A model generated the notes under the pieces. It had not been told where the DNA came from. It saw nothing but the letters and a program-made list of their open reading frames with translations, and did no database searches. A stretch of DNA of 64,000 nt from Candidatus Latescibacterota bacterium (lineage in GTDB: Bacteria; Latescibacterota; CBDEFO01). Each line of letters starts with the position of its first letter. Positions within the stretch are counted from its first letter, which is position 1. This document shows, in pieces, positions 53,042 through 63,268 of this stretch. Location: positions 448,001-512,000 of the forward strand of contig CBDEFO010000008.1 of assembly GCA_965237525.1 (NCBI GenBank), in the 5' to 3' direction. Both the position numbers and the translations under genes were made by a program.

Positions 53042-53815
53042 TCACGTTCTCACCAGGACTTTGCGCGCTGATAAGTAGTCCTTAGCTTCCTGAATCGAAT
53101 ATTCCCTGAAGTGAAATATCGAAGCTGCCAGAGCAGCGCTGGCTTTGCCTTCAGTCAATACCTGATATATGTGTTCTAAATTCCCGCATCCTCCTGAAGC
53201 CACAATCGGGATATTCGCCTTCTCGTCCACAGTCCGGTTGAGTTCTAAATCGTATCCGTCTTTTGTGCCGTCAGCGTCTATGCTGTTCAGCACAAGTTCG
53301 CCTGCTCCCAGAGACTCAGCCTCCTGCGCCCACTCAAGGGCATCTATACCTGTGGGCGTTCTTCCCCCGTTGATATAGACCTCCCACGAAGGTTCGTCTT
53401 GACTATCTTTCTGGACTCTCTTAGCGTCAATGGAAACTACAACGCACTGATTACCGAAGCTTTCTGCCCCAGAGGTTATTATCTCGGGATTCTTTACGGC
53501 GGCGGTGTTCAAGGAGATCTTATCCGCTCCGCCCTGTATGATCTCCTTGATATCCTCGATAGTCCTTATCCCTCCGCCGACTGTTAAGGGGATAAAAACC
53601 TCTTCTGAAGTCCTTTTGACCACGTCGACCATAATCTGACGCGCCTCGGCCGAAGCTGTGATGTCGTAAAAGACCAGTTCATCCGCCTTTTCCCGGTCGT
53701 AGAACTTGGCCTGCTCAACTGGATCACCGGCGTCCACATGTTCCACAAACTTGACGCCTTTGATCACACGGCCTTTATCCACATCCAGACAGGGGATTAT
53801 CCTTTTTGCTAACAT
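53042..53815 (-). CDS. hisF: Imidazole glycerol phosphate synthase cyclase subunit
   Basis: [24 protein letters not shown] and ALAASIFH motifs. Confidence 0.97.
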   Translation of the reverse strand: MLAKRIIPCLDVDKGRVIKGVKFVEHVDAGDPVEQAKFYDREKADELVFYDITASAEARQIMVDVVKRTSEEVFIPLTVGGGIRTIEDIKEIIQGGADKISLNTAAVKNPEIITSGAESFGNQCVVVSIDAKRVQKDSQDEPSWEVYINGGRTPTGIDALEWAQEAESLGAGELVLNSIDADGTKDGYDLELNRTVDEKANIPIVASGGCGNLEHIYQVLTEGKASAALAASIFHFREYSIQEAKDYLSARKVLVRT

Positions 53816-53967
53816 TCTGCTCCGCTACTTATTCCCGTAGGACACTTACGTAACTCTGCAAAGCCCAGACATCGCATATCCGCTGACTTACATCGTGTGC
53901 ACAGTTGTACAAACTATGAATAGCTACACCAAGACTTTCTGCTGCAACAGGTTAGCAAGTGAAGAAG

Positions 53968-54705
53968 CTATTTGCTGCTCAAACTTGGGAGAGTCGCAAC
54001 ATCTTTAAGGCTCACCTTACCTTCATAGAGTGCCTTGCCTACGATCACAGCCTCCACTCCTATCTTTTCCAACTCCGCCAAAGTCCTTATGTCATCGGAG
54101 GACGATACGCCGCCTGAGGCTATTATCTTTAAGTTTGTCTCCTTTGCCAAGAGCCTTGTAGCTTCGACGTTTGGACCTTTGAGCATGCCATCCTTTGACA
54201 CATCGGTATATACCACTCGCTCGACGCCTATCTTTTTCATCTTCAAAGCCAGCTCTACAGCCGATACCTTCGATACCTCCTCCCACCCCTTCACGGCCAC
54301 CATACCATCTTTAGCATCTATCCCCACAACTATCCTGTTGCTTCCGAATCTTTCTATACACTTGTTGACAATCTCGGGCTCGGTCAGCGCAGCAGTCCCA
54401 AGGATGACCCTATCTATCCCCAGAGATAGAAGTTTAGCGGCGGCTCCGACGCTCCTTATTCCTCCGCCGAGTTGAAGCGGAATCTCCACAGTCTCAAGAA
54501 TATTTCTGACGGCAGAAAGGTTCTTAGATTCCCCCTCGAAGGCTCCGTCCAGATCTACTAAATGCAGATGCTCTGCTCCTTCTTTTTCCCACCTCAAAGC
54601 CGTCTTTGCAGGATCGTCTGAATAGACAGTCTTATCCTCTCTCCTGCCCTGAATCAGACGCACGCACTGTCCATCCAGAAGATCTATCGCAGGAATAACT
54701 AACAT
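53968..54705 (-). CDS. hisA: ProFAR isomerase
   Basis: IPAIDL..G.CVRL, HLVDLDGA, GGGIR and ASGGVS motifs. Confidence 0.96.
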   Translation of the reverse strand: MLVIPAIDLLDGQCVRLIQGRREDKTVYSDDPAKTALRWEKEGAEHLHLVDLDGAFEGESKNLSAVRNILETVEIPLQLGGGIRSVGAAAKLLSLGIDRVILGTAALTEPEIVNKCIERFGSNRIVVGIDAKDGMVAVKGWEEVSKVSAVELALKMKKIGVERVVYTDVSKDGMLKGPNVEATRLLAKETNLKIIASGGVSSSDDIRTLAELEKIGVEAVIVGKALYEGKVSLKDVATLPSLSSK

Positions 54706-55304
54706 CTTATCTCTGCAAAGTTCTTCAGGATCCTCAGTCCCATATCCTGACTCTTTTCAGGATGAAATTGTATCCCGAAGACGTTGTCCCCGCCGGCTAC
54801 GGACGTGTAGTCTATCTCATAATCCGTAGTTGCTATAGTGTCCTCGTTCTTCTGGGTATCAACGTAATACGAGTGCACAAAATAGAAGAAGGAACCGTCG
54901 GGCACGCCCTCTAATAGGGGAGTTTCTCTTTTGATATGAATCTGATTCCACCCTATCTGCGGCACCCTCTGTGAATCTGGAAAGAGCCTTACCCTCCCCG
55001 GCAAAACATCCAAGCCCTGGTGAATTCCCTTCTCCTGGCTCTCCGAAAAGAGCAGTTGAAGTCCCAGACATATCCCCAGAAACGGAATGCCGCTTTCTAT
55101 AGAATCCACAATAGGGCCTATCAATCCCGCCCTCTTTAGATTTTTCACAGCGTCGCCGAAGGCCCCCACGCCGGGTAGAACCAACTTAGACGCCCTTTCG
55201 ATATCCTCTGGGTCGCTGGTTATCAAAGCTTCGCAGCCGACCCTCTCAAACGCCTTCTGGACGCTCCTCAGATTGCCCATGCCGTAATCTACGATTGTTA
55301 GCAT
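54699..55304 (-). CDS. hisH: Imidazole glycerol phosphate synthase glutaminase subunit
   Basis: DYGMGNL, PGVGAF, GICLGLQ and QFHPEKS motifs. Confidence 0.97.
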   Translation of the reverse strand: MLTIVDYGMGNLRSVQKAFERVGCEALITSDPEDIERASKLVLPGVGAFGDAVKNLKRAGLIGPIVDSIESGIPFLGICLGLQLLFSESQEKGIHQGLDVLPGRVRLFPDSQRVPQIGWNQIHIKRETPLLEGVPDGSFFYFVHSYYVDTQKNEDTIATTDYEIDYTSVAGGDNVFGIQFHPEKSQDMGLRILKNFAEIRC

Positions 55305-55379
55305 ATCGCTTGAATTCAGCTTGAAAGTGTTAGGTCAGGTGCAATTGAAATCTTCATTTGCGTGGTGAATCCGGTGTGT

Positions 55380-56096
55380 TCAGACAAAGAACTCCTCGTT
55401 ATGGGGACGCACATCAATCTCAAGAGTCCAAGCCTTCCTATCCTGTTGCACGAGATCCCAATAGGCATCTGCTACGGCGTCGGTATCAAGTAAAGGGCCC
55501 TCGGCAGCAGATGAGTCCTGCGCCCGTACTGCGGGGGTATCCAGAACACCGTCTATGATAACATGAGCGACATGAATGCCTTTAGGCCATAGCTCTCGGG
55601 CGAGGGAGTCAGCCAAACCGCGCACGGCGAACTTGGCACTACTGAAAGCAAGGGCACCCGCTCTCCCCCGAATCGCTGAGGTTGCACCCGTGAAGAGTAT
55701 TGTCCCGTTGCCACTTGCGAGCATGTCAGGCAGGGCTTCTTTACAGCAGAGAAAGGAGCCGTAGGCACAGACGCGCCAGGACCGTTCGAAATCTTCAGGC
55801 GTTAGTTCGAGGAAGTCCTTCCAGACCGCATTTCCAGCGTGATTTATCAGTACGTCAACCGGTCCTAACTGTTCCCGAACCTCTGCGAAACCACGCTCTA
55901 CCTGGTCGGGATCTGCGATATCTGTTGGCACAGCCAAGGCGGTTACACCTGTTTGCTGCAGTTCTGTGGCCAGATTCTGAATATAGTCCGGGGATCGTGC
56001 AAACATCCCCACCTGGTATCCTTCATGCGCGAACTTCTGAACTAACGATGCTCCTAATCCAGGGCCGACCCCAGAGATAACGGTCGTCTTAGGTAT
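55380..56096 (-). CDS. Short-chain dehydrogenase/reductase; start codon reads ATA
   Basis: Frame extends upstream of the listed ORF through ISGVGPGLG (Rossmann motif) to ATA at 56096 after an AAGAGG RBS; NHAG and F..AKF motifs. Confidence 0.8.
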   Translation of the reverse strand: MPKTTVISGVGPGLGASLVQKFAHEGYQVGMFARSPDYIQNLATELQQTGVTALAVPTDIADPDQVERGFAEVREQLGPVDVLINHAGNAVWKDFLELTPEDFERSWRVCAYGSFLCCKEALPDMLASGNGTILFTGATSAIRGRAGALAFSSAKFAVRGLADSLARELWPKGIHVAHVIIDGVLDTPAVRAQDSSAAEGPLLDTDAVADAYWDLVQQDRKAWTLEIDVRPHNEEFFV

Positions 56097-56126
56097 CGTA
56101 ACCTCTTCTTATGGGTTAATCTTCTT

Positions 56127-56154
56127 AGTACATCGCTAATATTAGCGATGTACT
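56127..56154. repeat. Perfect 28-bp palindrome
   Basis: AGTACATCGCTAAT-ATTAGCGATGTACT. Confidence 0.9.
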
Positions 56155-56291
56155 CTCTAAACTTTACTCTTCTTCGGTCAGGCGTTCTCCGGGAACTGTT
56201 CGAGCAAATAATGCTGGCGCCGAACGACTTTATCGGGATTATGGTTGGCTTTATGGGTGCCGCTGAAGTGATCTACTAACATTCCGTATTG

Positions 56292-57122
56292 TTACTCTTT
56301 CCCTAATTCTTGCGCCCTCAAAGTCGCCGCCTCCACCGCGCTCATGAGTGCATTTTTCAAGCTGTACTTCTCAAGGGCGTGCAGACCCGCAATCGTCGTT
56401 CCGCCCGGAGAGGTGACCCTATCTTTCAAGACGCCCGGATGCTCACCGCTTTCGATCACCATCTTGGCAGATCCCAGAACCACAGAGGCCGCTAGTCTTA
56501 AAGCCACATCCTTCGTCAAGCCCATCTTGACGCCCCCGTCCGCCAGACCGTCAATAATCGAATACACATAAGCTGGTCCGCTTGCCGAAAGTCCTGTCAC
56601 GGCATCCATATACTTCTCCTCTACATATACCACATCACCAACCGCGCCCAGTATCTTGGACGCTAAATCCAGGTGTTCCTTCCTGGCATACACGCCCCCA
56701 CAGAGCGCTGAGATCCCAGCCCCGATCGAAATGAGGATATTCGGCATGACCCTCACTACTGGAACCTTGCTCTTGAGCCCCTCCTCTATGAACGAAGTCC
56801 TGATTCCTGCCGCTATAGATATGACAGTCTGAGACTCATTGATATACGTTCTCAAGCTCTCCAGGACCGGTGACATGATCTGCGGCTTCATGGCCAGTAT
56901 AACTATGTCGGCAGGCCGGACAGCCTCCCTGTCGTCCGATGTAGTTTTAACCCCATAGTGCTGTTTGAGCCTCTCCAACAATTCTGGTACGACATCCTTG
57001 GCTGTCACGTTCTCTTGTGGGGCCAGTTTTGCGGTTACAATTCCCGCTACAAGAGCGCTTCCCATGTTCCCTGCGCCTATGATGGCTATTTTCTTGCCAT
57101 CTAACATTGCTTTATCCTTCAT
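56292..57122 (-). CDS. proC: Pyrroline-5-carboxylate reductase
   Basis: IGAGNMG, RVMPN, SASGPAY and VTSPGGTT motifs. Confidence 0.96.
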   Translation of the reverse strand: MKDKAMLDGKKIAIIGAGNMGSALVAGIVTAKLAPQENVTAKDVVPELLERLKQHYGVKTTSDDREAVRPADIVILAMKPQIMSPVLESLRTYINESQTVISIAAGIRTSFIEEGLKSKVPVVRVMPNILISIGAGISALCGGVYARKEHLDLASKILGAVGDVVYVEEKYMDAVTGLSASGPAYVYSIIDGLADGGVKMGLTKDVALRLAASVVLGSAKMVIESGEHPGVLKDRVTSPGGTTIAGLHALEKYSLKNALMSAVEAATLRAQELGKE

Positions 57123-57200
57123 TATCCATTTCCTGCTATATTATATGCAGGACGATTCTATATATCCTAAAAATAGTCAAATTAACCCTTTATGTCAAAG

Positions 57201-57236
57201 AAAAAAAGCGAGAGGAAGAATTGGCTCTCGCTCTTT
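57201..57236 (-). terminator. Intrinsic terminator after ilvE
   Basis: AGCGAGAG/CTCTCGCT stem with a T-tract on the minus strand. Confidence 0.7.
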
Positions 57237-57246
57237 GTGAAAAAGC

Positions 57247-58179
57247 TCATCTTCCCGTTGATACGAAGTCGAGCCAACCGTGGCGATCCTCCACCTCTCC
57301 TGAAGTGATCGCGAAGAACTCTTCCTGAATTCTCTTGGTCATAGGGCCTCTTGTGCCGTCTCGCACCGTGATCTTATCTATAGAGCTTATGGGTGTAATT
57401 TCAGCCGCGCTTCCTGTGAAGAACACCTCATCGGCTATATAGAGAGCTTCACGCGGAATCGGTCTCTGGGTCACGCTGTATCCCAGATCCCGCGCTAAAG
57501 TAATAACCGAGTGTCTGGTGATCCCCGGGAGGATAGCTGACCCTGTGGATGGAGTATATAACACTTGGTTCTTGATCATAAATATGTTCTCTCCGCTGCC
57601 CTCGCTCACGTAGCCGAGGGAATCTAAAGCCAGGCCCTCAGCGTAGCCGTCTGCCAGGGCCTCCATCTTGATCAGCTGAGAGTTCAGATAGTTGCCACCC
57701 ACCTTTGCTAAGGTCGGAAGAGTGTTCGGAGCCATGCGAGCCCACGAGGCCGTCCTTACGTTCACCCCCTTTTCGATGGCTTCCGGTCCCAGATACTTTC
57801 CCCATTCCCAGACGGCTATCACCACATCTACAGGGCAGTCAGAAGGATCCACACCCAAACTGCCGTATCCTCTGAAAGCTATGGGCCTTACGTAGCAGCC
57901 ACTCAATTCATTGGCCGTTATCGTATCTAATATAGCCTCCCTTATCTGCTCCTTGGAATAGCGCAGATCCATCCTGTATATCTTCGCCGAATCGAACAGC
58001 CTATTTATATGGTCGTCCAGACGGAAGCATGCCGATCCACGCTTTGTATCGTAGCACCTCATGCCCTCAAAGACGCTGGATCCATAGTGGACCACGTGAG
58101 ACAGGACGTGAATCGTAGCGTCCTTCCAGTCCACTAACTCTCCGTTGAACCATATCTTATCCGCCTCTGGGAAAGCCAT
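57247..58179 (-). CDS. ilvE: Branched-chain amino acid aminotransferase
   Basis: [21 protein letters not shown] and LPGITR motifs. Confidence 0.95.
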   Translation of the reverse strand: MAFPEADKIWFNGELVDWKDATIHVLSHVVHYGSSVFEGMRCYDTKRGSACFRLDDHINRLFDSAKIYRMDLRYSKEQIREAILDTITANELSGCYVRPIAFRGYGSLGVDPSDCPVDVVIAVWEWGKYLGPEAIEKGVNVRTASWARMAPNTLPTLAKVGGNYLNSQLIKMEALADGYAEGLALDSLGYVSEGSGENIFMIKNQVLYTPSTGSAILPGITRHSVITLARDLGYSVTQRPIPREALYIADEVFFTGSAAEITPISSIDKITVRDGTRGPMTKRIQEEFFAITSGEVEDRHGWLDFVSTGR

Positions 58180-59884
58180 CTTCTTTTCTCCTTACGTCTT
58201 TCAATCTAAGTTGAATCATCTTTTCGCCTCTCCATTCGTTCTCCTCAATTACGTAAGCCAGGCTGAGGTCCCCACCTGACGACTTCACTGTCTGCAGCAT
58301 ATCTTTCATGTTGAAGCCTATGCAGTCGAGCACCTTCTGATCCTGGCGAACTTTGAACTTGAGATGATCCTTTCCCACTATCTTCGGATATCCCACCACC
58401 TCAAGGTCTCTGGATACCATACGCGGTTTCATATTCTCCGGTCCAAAAGGTTCAAAACGCTTCAAGAGTCTCAAGAATTTTTCATCTATTTCGTTTAATC
58501 GTATCTCATCTTGTATCTTAAGCTGTGGAATCTTGTCCTCCGGTCTCAGCCGCTCGTCGGCCACTGACTTAAACCTTTCCCTGAACTCGTCTACTTTATC
58601 CCTTCTGACTGTCAGCCCTGCCGCCGCCTTGTGACCTCCGAATGCCTCTAAGAGGTCTCTGCATTCGCGGAGCGCCTCGAACAGGTTGAAATTGGGTATG
58701 CTCCTTCCAGATCCCTTTCCTATATCACCATCTAAAGCGATAAGTACCGTAGGGAGATAGTATTCTTCCACAACCCGAGATGCGACGATTCCTATGACAC
58801 CTTGATGCCAGTTGTCGGAAGCCAACACGAGGGCAGGGTCATTTCTGGTATCAGCCGTCCTTTGAACCATCTCCAGTGCCTCGTCCTTCGTCATTTCATC
58901 TAACTCTCTGCGCCTTCTGTTCTCCACCTCCAGTTTATCGGCTATGTACCGAGCCAGACCCTCATCCGCTGTCGTCAGCATCTCCACTGCCTTCATGGCG
59001 TTGTCTATCCGCCCTGCGGCGTTGATCCTCGGAGCTAATCCGAATACTACCTGACCCGTACTTATAGTCTTCCCCTTCAATCTTGCTGTATCTATTAGGG
59101 CCCTTATCCCCGGATTGGAGGTGTTGTTTATCTTCTCGAAGCCGAGCTTTGTCAAAATTCTGTTCTCATCTATCAAAGGCACAATATCGGCTGCGCAACC
59201 CAAAGCCACCAGATCCAAGTTCTCGTAAAGTACGTCGGAGTCGAAGTTCCCCTCCTTAAAGAGGGCCTGTAGGAGTTTAAACGCCACAGCCGCTCCAGAA
59301 AGCTCCTCAAACGGATAGGAGCAGTCCGCCCTTTTAGGGTCTAATACTGCAAGGGCTTGGGGAAGAACCCCTGAGGGCTCGTGGTGATCGGTTATTATCA
59401 GATCTATCCCCAAGTTTTTGGCCAAAGCCGCCTCATCTATGGCCGTGATTCCACAGTCTACCGACACGATCACTGCGGCTCCACTGTCTTTTGCCTCCTT
59501 TATCCCTTTAGCGGAGATTCCGTAGCCCTCATCGAACCTATCCGGCACGTAAAACGATACATCTGCACCTATCTTTTCGAGCGCTCTGATCATAGTTGCC
59601 GCCCCTGTCACACCGTCTACATCGTAATCCCCGTGAATCACAATCCCTTGGCCTTTTCTGACAGCGCAGTGGAGCCTTTCGGCCGCAACATCCATATCCG
59701 CCATTAAGAAAGGGTCGTACATATCGTCCAAGGAGGGTTTCAAAAACCTCCTTGCCGACTCGAGATCTTCGACCTGCCTGTTTATTAATAGCCTTGCCAC
59801 TACTTCCGGCACGTTCAGCTCGCAGGAAAGGGCACAGACCAACTTTTCATCCGGCCTGTCCACAAATACCCAGTTGTGTTTCAT
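58157..59884 (-). CDS. recJ: Single-stranded-DNA exonuclease RecJ
   Basis: [23 protein letters not shown] and GGHKAAAG motifs. Confidence 0.97.
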   Translation of the reverse strand: MKHNWVFVDRPDEKLVCALSCELNVPEVVARLLINRQVEDLESARRFLKPSLDDMYDPFLMADMDVAAERLHCAVRKGQGIVIHGDYDVDGVTGAATMIRALEKIGADVSFYVPDRFDEGYGISAKGIKEAKDSGAAVIVSVDCGITAIDEAALAKNLGIDLIITDHHEPSGVLPQALAVLDPKRADCSYPFEELSGAAVAFKLLQALFKEGNFDSDVLYENLDLVALGCAADIVPLIDENRILTKLGFEKINNTSNPGIRALIDTARLKGKTISTGQVVFGLAPRINAAGRIDNAMKAVEMLTTADEGLARYIADKLEVENRRRRELDEMTKDEALEMVQRTADTRNDPALVLASDNWHQGVIGIVASRVVEEYYLPTVLIALDGDIGKGSGRSIPNFNLFEALRECRDLLEAFGGHKAAAGLTVRRDKVDEFRERFKSVADERLRPEDKIPQLKIQDEIRLNEIDEKFLRLLKRFEPFGPENMKPRMVSRDLEVVGYPKIVGKDHLKFKVRQDQKVLDCIGFNMKDMLQTVKSSGGDLSLAYVIEENEWRGEKMIQLRLKDVRRKEDGFPRGG

Positions 59885-59897
59885 AGCGATTCCCTCT

Positions 59898-61749
59898 TTA
59901 GAACCTATGAGAGTAGTTTATAGTGATACTCGTCGGTGAGGTCTCAATGTTCTTGCGTCTGGAACTTTTCGCTTTGCCCTTGCTCGCACTTACGCTCAGG
60001 GTATTGTCAGTGCTTGGAGTGTAGTTCAGACTCATCCTGATACTGCTGTTGACCCTTTCATTGTCCAGTTCCCTTATTCCTCTGATGTTCTTCCAGTTTG
60101 TGCTTACTACCTGGCTGAAGCCAGATCCAAAGGACAGCCAGGACGCGGTAGAATAGCTCGCATTAAGGCTGAAATTCCTCCGTCTTCCGTCCCTCGTCAC
60201 CAACTGCTCGCCAGTCTCGAATAGGTTCCCGAAATCGTTAATACTTAAGTTATAGCTTCCCGATAATCCGATTCCCCCGAATCTTGGCAGCTTGACGGAA
60301 TGGTTCATCGACCACGACCTGCTGACGTTGCTTTTGGGGGTCGTCACATTAAAGAATCTTTCGTCAAAGTCAAATTCGTGGTAGCTAGCTGTCAGTGAAT
60401 AGCTGTGACGCAGGCTAAAGCCCTCAAATAGCTGGTAGCTTGTTGCGGCTGACAGACTGTAATTTCTCAACCATTTGTTGTTAGCCGACCTTTTGGAGTT
60501 CAAACGCACGTTGTGGTTTTGACCCGTGCTCAGATTCAAATTCAGATTGAAGCTATCGTATGAACCGTTGTACAACAGGGAAACGCGGCTCGTAAAATCG
60601 TCCCTATCGTTTATCTCAGCCTCGGGAGTATCCTTGCTCGCTCTTCCGACTACTCCCCTAAACGTCAAGCGGTGATCCTCGTTCAACGTGAAATTAAATG
60701 ACGCATTCAAGTCAACGTCCGACTCGCTCTTGTCCAACGCATCCCGGCGATTCTTTCCATCTACGATCGTTTTGCTCGGAAGCGTGGCAGACTCTGAAGA
60801 CGAGTAGCCCACACTTAAGCTCATGCGCACCTTCTCTGATAGACTTGTAGTCAGCGAGCTCTTCCAGCTTAAACGTGTGGACTTCCTATCCGTCCCCCAC
60901 TTGGAGGAAGTGGTATCATCGCTTGCAGTATCTGTCCCTCGGGATTCGTTGTATCCTAAGCTGTTATTTAAAGTGAGGTCATCCTTCTTGAAGTTGATAC
61001 TCCCACTTAAATTCCTGGTTCTGGTGAATCTATTTTCCAGGCGTGTGGGATCGTCTCTGCGCCGGTAATCCCTATCTGATCTGCTTTCGTTGTAGCTCAG
61101 GGAGGTGTTTGTATGACTTCCTATGCGATTCCCAAGGCTCCCTCTTAAGCTGGTATTCAGATGCCCCCTCACTGATGTATTTCCTGACCTGCTATAAGTA
61201 AAGGAAGGGGTTAAGCCATCTATCAACTTGGGACTTACAGACGTATTGAAACTGTAGCTTAGACCGGATGCTCCCTGGCCGAAAGTCCTGTTGAACGACC
61301 GGCTCGAAGATTGTCTTAAGGAAAACGATTTAAAGGCCCCCGATGAGAAGGGCCTATACGATAGTGTGACACCAACCCTCTGGTTTACAAGGGGTTCTTT
61401 GGCCCTGGAGAAGTTGTCCGAGCTTCTGCTGAGGCTCCCGTTAATGCCCACAGACGACTTTGATGAGAGTGGATAGTTGACAGACCATCTCCCGCTGCTG
61501 CTGTCTCTCCATCTATTTCCGTTCTGAGTCTTTGTCAGAGTCGATCTGAAGGAACTGTTCGCTGAAATCCTGATCTTGGAATCTGTTCCTTCCCGACCTG
61601 TGTCTATCGTATAGTTCAATCCACTGAAACTGTGTGACCAAGTAAAACGGTCGCTGTTCTGTGTGAAGCCTAGTTTATATCCTATGCTGTGTGCAGGTTC
61701 TGCTTCAAAGAGACACAGCAACACTGTAACAGTAGACAGTAGACAGTAG
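59898..61749 (-). CDS. Large Ser/Thr/Asn-rich outer-membrane beta-barrel protein; 5' end cut by an IS
   Basis: Alternating-strand pattern and C-terminal INYSHRF beta-signal; the listed TTG start lies inside the IS TIR. Confidence 0.7.
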
Positions 61750-61750
61750 C

Positions 61751-63052
61751 GGTTGAATATCAAATGAAATCGGTGCAACTAATTTGATCTTTGTTTAGAG
61801 TATTAGTAGATTAAGTTGAGTTGATTGTCTTAACTTTAATCTACGGAGTCCTATGGACAAAGAGAGATTGGCCGTATTAAGACAAGAAGTCAACGAGATG
61901 TATTTTAAGAAAGAAATGTCAAAGCGAGAAGTTATCAAACAAGCGAGAGTTTCCAATGATTTCGTTACGGCTTGGACTAAATCTCTGGATCAGGATTTTG
62001 CCATGGATAATCGGGGTTGGCCAAAAGGAAAAAGGCGAAAATTGGCTAAAGTTGACGAACAGAGAATCAAAGAGATTTACCATAGCTTAGAGGACGATCC
62101 TTATCAGTTCTATTCAGGAGCCACTGTTATTGAACAAGAATGGAGGAATCGATATTCTAGCACCCCTCCTCCGTCGTTGCCGACTATCGGCAGAATGCTT
62201 TCAGATTTAGGACTTTCCCAGAGAAGGAAGAAAGGTAAAAACAAGGGTGCATCTCGTTATCTTTGTTATCCAGAGTATACCATTTACTATCTTTTAGGAG
62301 GCAGAGTCCTAGAATCAGACTTTATTGGTAAAAAGTATCTTACCGGCAGAACTGAGCCGGTCAACTTCGTTGGATTTTCCTTTAAGAAAGAGCCTAAGTT
62401 AAGGTATTTTCGGCGGGTTGACGGTCAAACAGCAACTAACTTTATCGAGAAGTGTCAGTCTTTCTTTGACAGGTTTGAAAAACCAGATTTCGTTAAGGTG
62501 GACAATTGCTCGGCGACTATTGGCAGTGTTTCAGGTAAAAGGAATGTCAGCAAAGCAATGCAGTTTCTCTTGAAAAATCAAGTGATTCCGATATTTGCCG
62601 TTCCCAGAAGGCCCTTTTCTCAAGCATCTATAGAAGGCAACAATTCTGTATTTTCAAGGAAGTTCTGGAACAGAATTCAGTTCAAAAGCTTACAAGAAGT
62701 TGATCAGAAGTTAGAATGGTTTAATCTTTCATCACAGAGATACACCGGCTACCGTCCACCTAAGCAAGAGAAGTCAAACGAGAAAGATTTCATTCCCAAG
62801 ACCTATTTTATCAGACAAGTCAAACAGGACACAGAACAGACAGATAAAGCCTTTATCGATGTCCTAAATGAGAAAGTATCTCTTCCCTCCTCTTACACCA
62901 ACTACTTTGTCCTGGCTGAATGGAACCTAAAAGAAGAACAATTATACATCCATTTTGAAAAAGAACAGAAACCAAAGATTGTCGAAAACCTATCATTCAA
63001 GATCAATCAAAGATCGAAAGAGAAGTGCACCGATTTCATTTGATAAATAACC
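61751..63052 (+). mobile_element. Insertion sequence, integrase-core DDE type, family uncertain
   Basis: 27-bp TIRs with 24/27 identity and a 20-bp perfect core TATCAAATGAAATCGGTGCA; flanked by AGTAGACAGTAG on both sides. Confidence 0.88.
61853..63043 (+). CDS. Transposase (HTH plus integrase-like DDE domain)
   Basis: ESDFIG, KVDNCS and SIEGNN give a D-D-E triad; the stop lies within the right TIR. Confidence 0.82.
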   Translation: MDKERLAVLRQEVNEMYFKKEMSKREVIKQARVSNDFVTAWTKSLDQDFAMDNRGWPKGKRRKLAKVDEQRIKEIYHSLEDDPYQFYSGATVIEQEWRNRYSSTPPPSLPTIGRMLSDLGLSQRRKKGKNKGASRYLCYPEYTIYYLLGGRVLESDFIGKKYLTGRTEPVNFVGFSFKKEPKLRYFRRVDGQTATNFIEKCQSFFDRFEKPDFVKVDNCSATIGSVSGKRNVSKAMQFLLKNQVIPIFAVPRRPFSQASIEGNNSVFSRKFWNRIQFKSLQEVDQKLEWFNLSSQRYTGYRPPKQEKSNEKDFIPKTYFIRQVKQDTEQTDKAFIDVLNEKVSLPSSYTNYFVLAEWNLKEEQLYIHFEKEQKPKIVENLSFKINQRSKEKCTDFI

Positions 63053-63268
63053 AGTAGACAGTAGTCAGTAGACAGGTCCCCTACCCCTGGTCCGATCAGG
63101 CGTGGGGGCGCCGCCTCTCCTGTTTGTAGGTTGCCCACTGACTTTAAGTGCGCTGATGTTCCGATTTTCGATTGCAAAACCCTCATACTAGAACATTCCG
63201 CTTTTCCCCCGCTTAAACTGATTCTCGTTCCATCCTATACGCACTTGCCGGACGATATCCGCTGCGTA

